DNA from: a virus
IMG/VR virus record: IMGVR_UViG_3300045996_003734
Location: 45,167 to 109,166 of that record
DNA: 64,000 nucleotides
Strand: one strand, 5' to 3'
Under the pieces are notes generated by a model. That model was not told the origin of the DNA and searched no databases. It was given only the letters and a program-made list of their open reading frames with translations. Within the stretch, counting starts at the first letter, position 1; each line of letters starts with the position of its first letter. A program made the position numbers and the translations under genes. This document shows positions 61,772-64,000 of the stretch, one piece after another.

Positions 61772-63781
61772 CTACTTTGGCGTGCTGCCGCTCTGGTTAC
61801 CCGGCGCCGGCGGCAGACCGTTGTTGCCGCCGCCTCCACCGCCTGGCGGCTTCACCTTGTCCATCGCCTTGGCCAAGCGCTCGGCGGCCTGCGCCGCGCG
61901 GTCGTGCGCCTGCGCGACCTTGTCGCCGCCCTTCGCTCCCTTGGACATGGCGACCTCGAGCTCACGGAGCTCCGCCTCAGCCTTCGCCAGCACGTTGGCC
62001 TGCACGTCGCCCTTCACCTCTCCGCCGCTGAAGAGGTGCGCGGCAGCGCCGAACGTGTCGTCCATGAAGCCCCCCACTCCCTCGCGGTTCTTCTTGGCGG
62101 CGTCGATACGCGCGCGCAGCGAGTCGGCCTCCTTGGCCATTCGCCCCTTGTCGCCGCTCGCTTTCGCAGCAGCGGCGCCAGCGCCGGCAGAGGCGAGGTC
62201 GCCCTGGTCCTTGGCCTTGTCCTCGTAGACGCTGTCGATGGCGGCCTTGCCGAGCTCGTACGCGACCGCGGCCGCAACGGCGATGCCGGCAGCAGCGCCG
62301 AGGTTCTTGCCAGCCGTCGACCACGCGCCATTCCTTGCCGCTTCGGCCGCCAAGTTTGCACCGATGCTCTTGCCGAGCGAGACGGCCTTGTCCTTGCCAA
62401 GGCCCGCGACGTCACCGGCAACCGAGCCGAGCGCCGACATGCCCGCGCCCTTTCCGACGAACGCCGCTCCAGCGAGGATTGGATGGTCTGCCGCGAACTC
62501 CAGCAACGTGGTGAAGCCGTTGGTCAGACGCGGGAGCAGCTGCGCCAGCTTCTCCATCGACGCCATCATCTCGGGCTTGGTGAACGCCGTTTTGAACCGG
62601 TTCATCACGTCGGCCATGACGCGGTCCGGGTCGGTCGCGGCGCGCTTCTTGGCCTCGGCCTCGAGCTGCGCCGCCGTCAGGCTCGTCTTCCCCGCTTCCT
62701 CCAGCGCCTTGTGGAAGGCGTCGAGCGCGGCCGCGGTCTTCTTCTTGGCGTTGCCCTCGGTCTCCGCGAACACCTTCTGATAGGTCTTCCCGAAGTCGCT
62801 CACCAGCTTGAGCGTGTCGCCCTGGAACACCTTCGAGAGCGTTTCTTCCTTGCCGCCCGTCTTGGCCAGGATCTTGTCGAGCGCGTCCTTGCGGGCGCCG
62901 CCGCCCTTGTCGGTGATTTTGACGCCGAGGTCCTTCTCGATGCTCTTGAGCTTGTCGGCGTTCCCGAAGGTCTCCATCAGGCCGGTAACGGCGGTCAGGT
63001 TCTTCTTGAAGCTGCCGGTGACGTTGTCACCGACGTTGAGCATGCCGAGCACCTGCTGCAGGCCGGCCTTGCCCTCGAGACCCATCTGCTTCGCCGAGGC
63101 ACCGACGATTCCCAGCTTGGCGCCGAGGTCGTCGATGTTGGCGCCGCCCTTGCTCGAGAGCTCAATGACGGACGCCAGCGCGTCCTGCATCTCGTTCCCC
63201 GCGATGCCGAACTTCTCGTTCAGCGTGCCGGCGATCGCGGTCAGCGTGTTGACGCTTTTCCCGCTGGCATTGGCCGCGATGGCGATGGCGTCCAGCGCAT
63301 CGGCCGAAAACTGCACGTCGCCCGTCTCGTCGTAGAGCGCGGCGTACGCGCCCGCGAGTTCATTCACGTCGCGCTTCCAGCGCTTCGCAGCACCCTCCAC
63401 GTCCTTCTGGACGTCGGTCCACGCTATCGCCTGACCCGTGCCCGTGCTGATGGCGAAGGCCAGGTCCTTGTAGATGGCGACGAGTTCGGTGCCGCTCTTG
63501 GCGCCGGCCGCCACGGAGAGGGCGCCGCCGAGCGTGGCGGCCTGCCCGATGGTGTTCTTCAGCTCCTTGCCGAGGTCCGCGAGCGTGTCCTTGGCCGCGC
63601 CTAGGCCTTTCTTTATCGAGCCGAGCGCGGGGTGCAGCTTGCGCTCGGCCTTCGCGCCCGACTCGCCGACGCCCTCGAGCTCTTTGCCAAGCGCGCCGGC
63701 CTCCTTCTCGATGTTCTTGAGCATCGAGAGAAACCCGCCGGCGGCGAGCTCAAGTCGGACCTTTGCGTCTTTCTCAGACAT
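61772..63781 (-). CDS. Tail tape measure protein, copy B (complete, 669 aa)
   Basis: Ala/Gly/Lys-rich helical protein between chaperone and gpN. Confidence 0.9.
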   Translation of the reverse strand: MSEKDAKVRLELAAGGFLSMLKNIEKEAGALGKELEGVGESGAKAERKLHPALGSIKKGLGAAKDTLADLGKELKNTIGQAATLGGALSVAAGAKSGTELVAIYKDLAFAISTGTGQAIAWTDVQKDVEGAAKRWKRDVNELAGAYAALYDETGDVQFSADALDAIAIAANASGKSVNTLTAIAGTLNEKFGIAGNEMQDALASVIELSSKGGANIDDLGAKLGIVGASAKQMGLEGKAGLQQVLGMLNVGDNVTGSFKKNLTAVTGLMETFGNADKLKSIEKDLGVKITDKGGGARKDALDKILAKTGGKEETLSKVFQGDTLKLVSDFGKTYQKVFAETEGNAKKKTAAALDAFHKALEEAGKTSLTAAQLEAEAKKRAATDPDRVMADVMNRFKTAFTKPEMMASMEKLAQLLPRLTNGFTTLLEFAADHPILAGAAFVGKGAGMSALGSVAGDVAGLGKDKAVSLGKSIGANLAAEAARNGAWSTAGKNLGAAAGIAVAAAVAYELGKAAIDSVYEDKAKDQGDLASAGAGAAAAKASGDKGRMAKEADSLRARIDAAKKNREGVGGFMDDTFGAAAHLFSGGEVKGDVQANVLAKAEAELRELEVAMSKGAKGGDKVAQAHDRAAQAAERLAKAMDKVKPPGGGGGGNNGLPPAPGNQSGSTPK

Positions 63782-64000
63782 CGGCGTCCTTCGTCAGCTC
63801 AGCCAACGCCTTCCGCCAATCGGGGTCGGCGTTGTCGCCGCGGATGATGGCTGCCAGCTCGGCGAGCTTCAGTGTTCCGGCGTCGAGGTCTCGGCAGATT
63901 GCAACCAGGACGGCGCCGTCGGTGAGCGCAAAGCTTCCCGCGCCATACGTATGATGCAGCTGGGCTGCTCGTGCCCAACGATACCGAGTAAAGGGAGGAT
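62280..64000. repeat. Diverged direct repeat, copy B (matches 1-1718)
   Basis: See copy A; one in-frame 3-nt indel near 63785. Confidence 0.95.
63774..64000 (-). CDS. 3' end of tail chaperone G (stop at 63869) / GT (stop at 63774), copy B; slippery site at 63989-63995
   Basis: Homologous to 1495-1718. Confidence 0.8.
   Translation of the reverse strand, partial: PPFTRYRWARAAQLHHTYGAGSFALTDGAVLVAICRDLDAGTLKLAELAAIIRGDNADPDWRKALAELTKDADV

Larger units (their letters stand above)
1..64000. mobile_element. Temperate myophage/prophage with Mu-like morphogenesis genes and a tyrosine integrase; unit length ~62,280 bp
   Basis: Contiguous terminase-portal-MuF-protease-capsid-sheath-tube-TMP-baseplate genes, lysin, int/xis, cI/cro. 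No host housekeeping genes seen. Window start repeats at offset 62279-62282. Confidence 0.93.

Overview
The whole window is phage DNA. It holds essentially one complete ~62.3-kb genome equivalent of a high-GC temperate myovirus, with a Mu-like head and contractile-tail module but a tyrosine integrase rather than a Mu transposase. The host is probably a myxobacterium (inferred from GC content, Gly-rich lipoproteins and an Mx8-like int/attP layout). Bases 1-1718 recur at 62280-64000 as a synonymously diverged second copy of the tape-measure/chaperone region. An intact attP-like site (tRNA-Ser 3' end plus arm repeats) lies inside the integrase gene. Together these suggest two related prophages in tandem, or a circular genome assembled across a strain bubble. 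Modules: head/tail (1-20.3 kb, minus); leftward early operon with replication initiator, int/xis and a tRNA-like RNA (20.8-29.6 kb); cI/cro switch (29.4-30.4 kb); rightward operon with SbcCD, MazG-like and ParB-like genes (30.4-41.6 kb); accessory HEPN cassette (41.6-43.3 kb); fibre/lysis/baseplate/tail genes (44.3-64 kb, minus). Most notable: attP splits both int and the early operon from the replication genes; an atypical tRNA-like RNA with a 35-nt variable arm; a MuF-GNAT-metallopeptidase polyvalent protein; a three-gene HEPN cassette; a 10-bp-phased GTSAC iteron array; a GGGTCA-N17 leaderless late-promoter motif; and a -1 frameshift supported by comparing the two copies. All family assignments are by eye from motifs and synteny, not from database searches.
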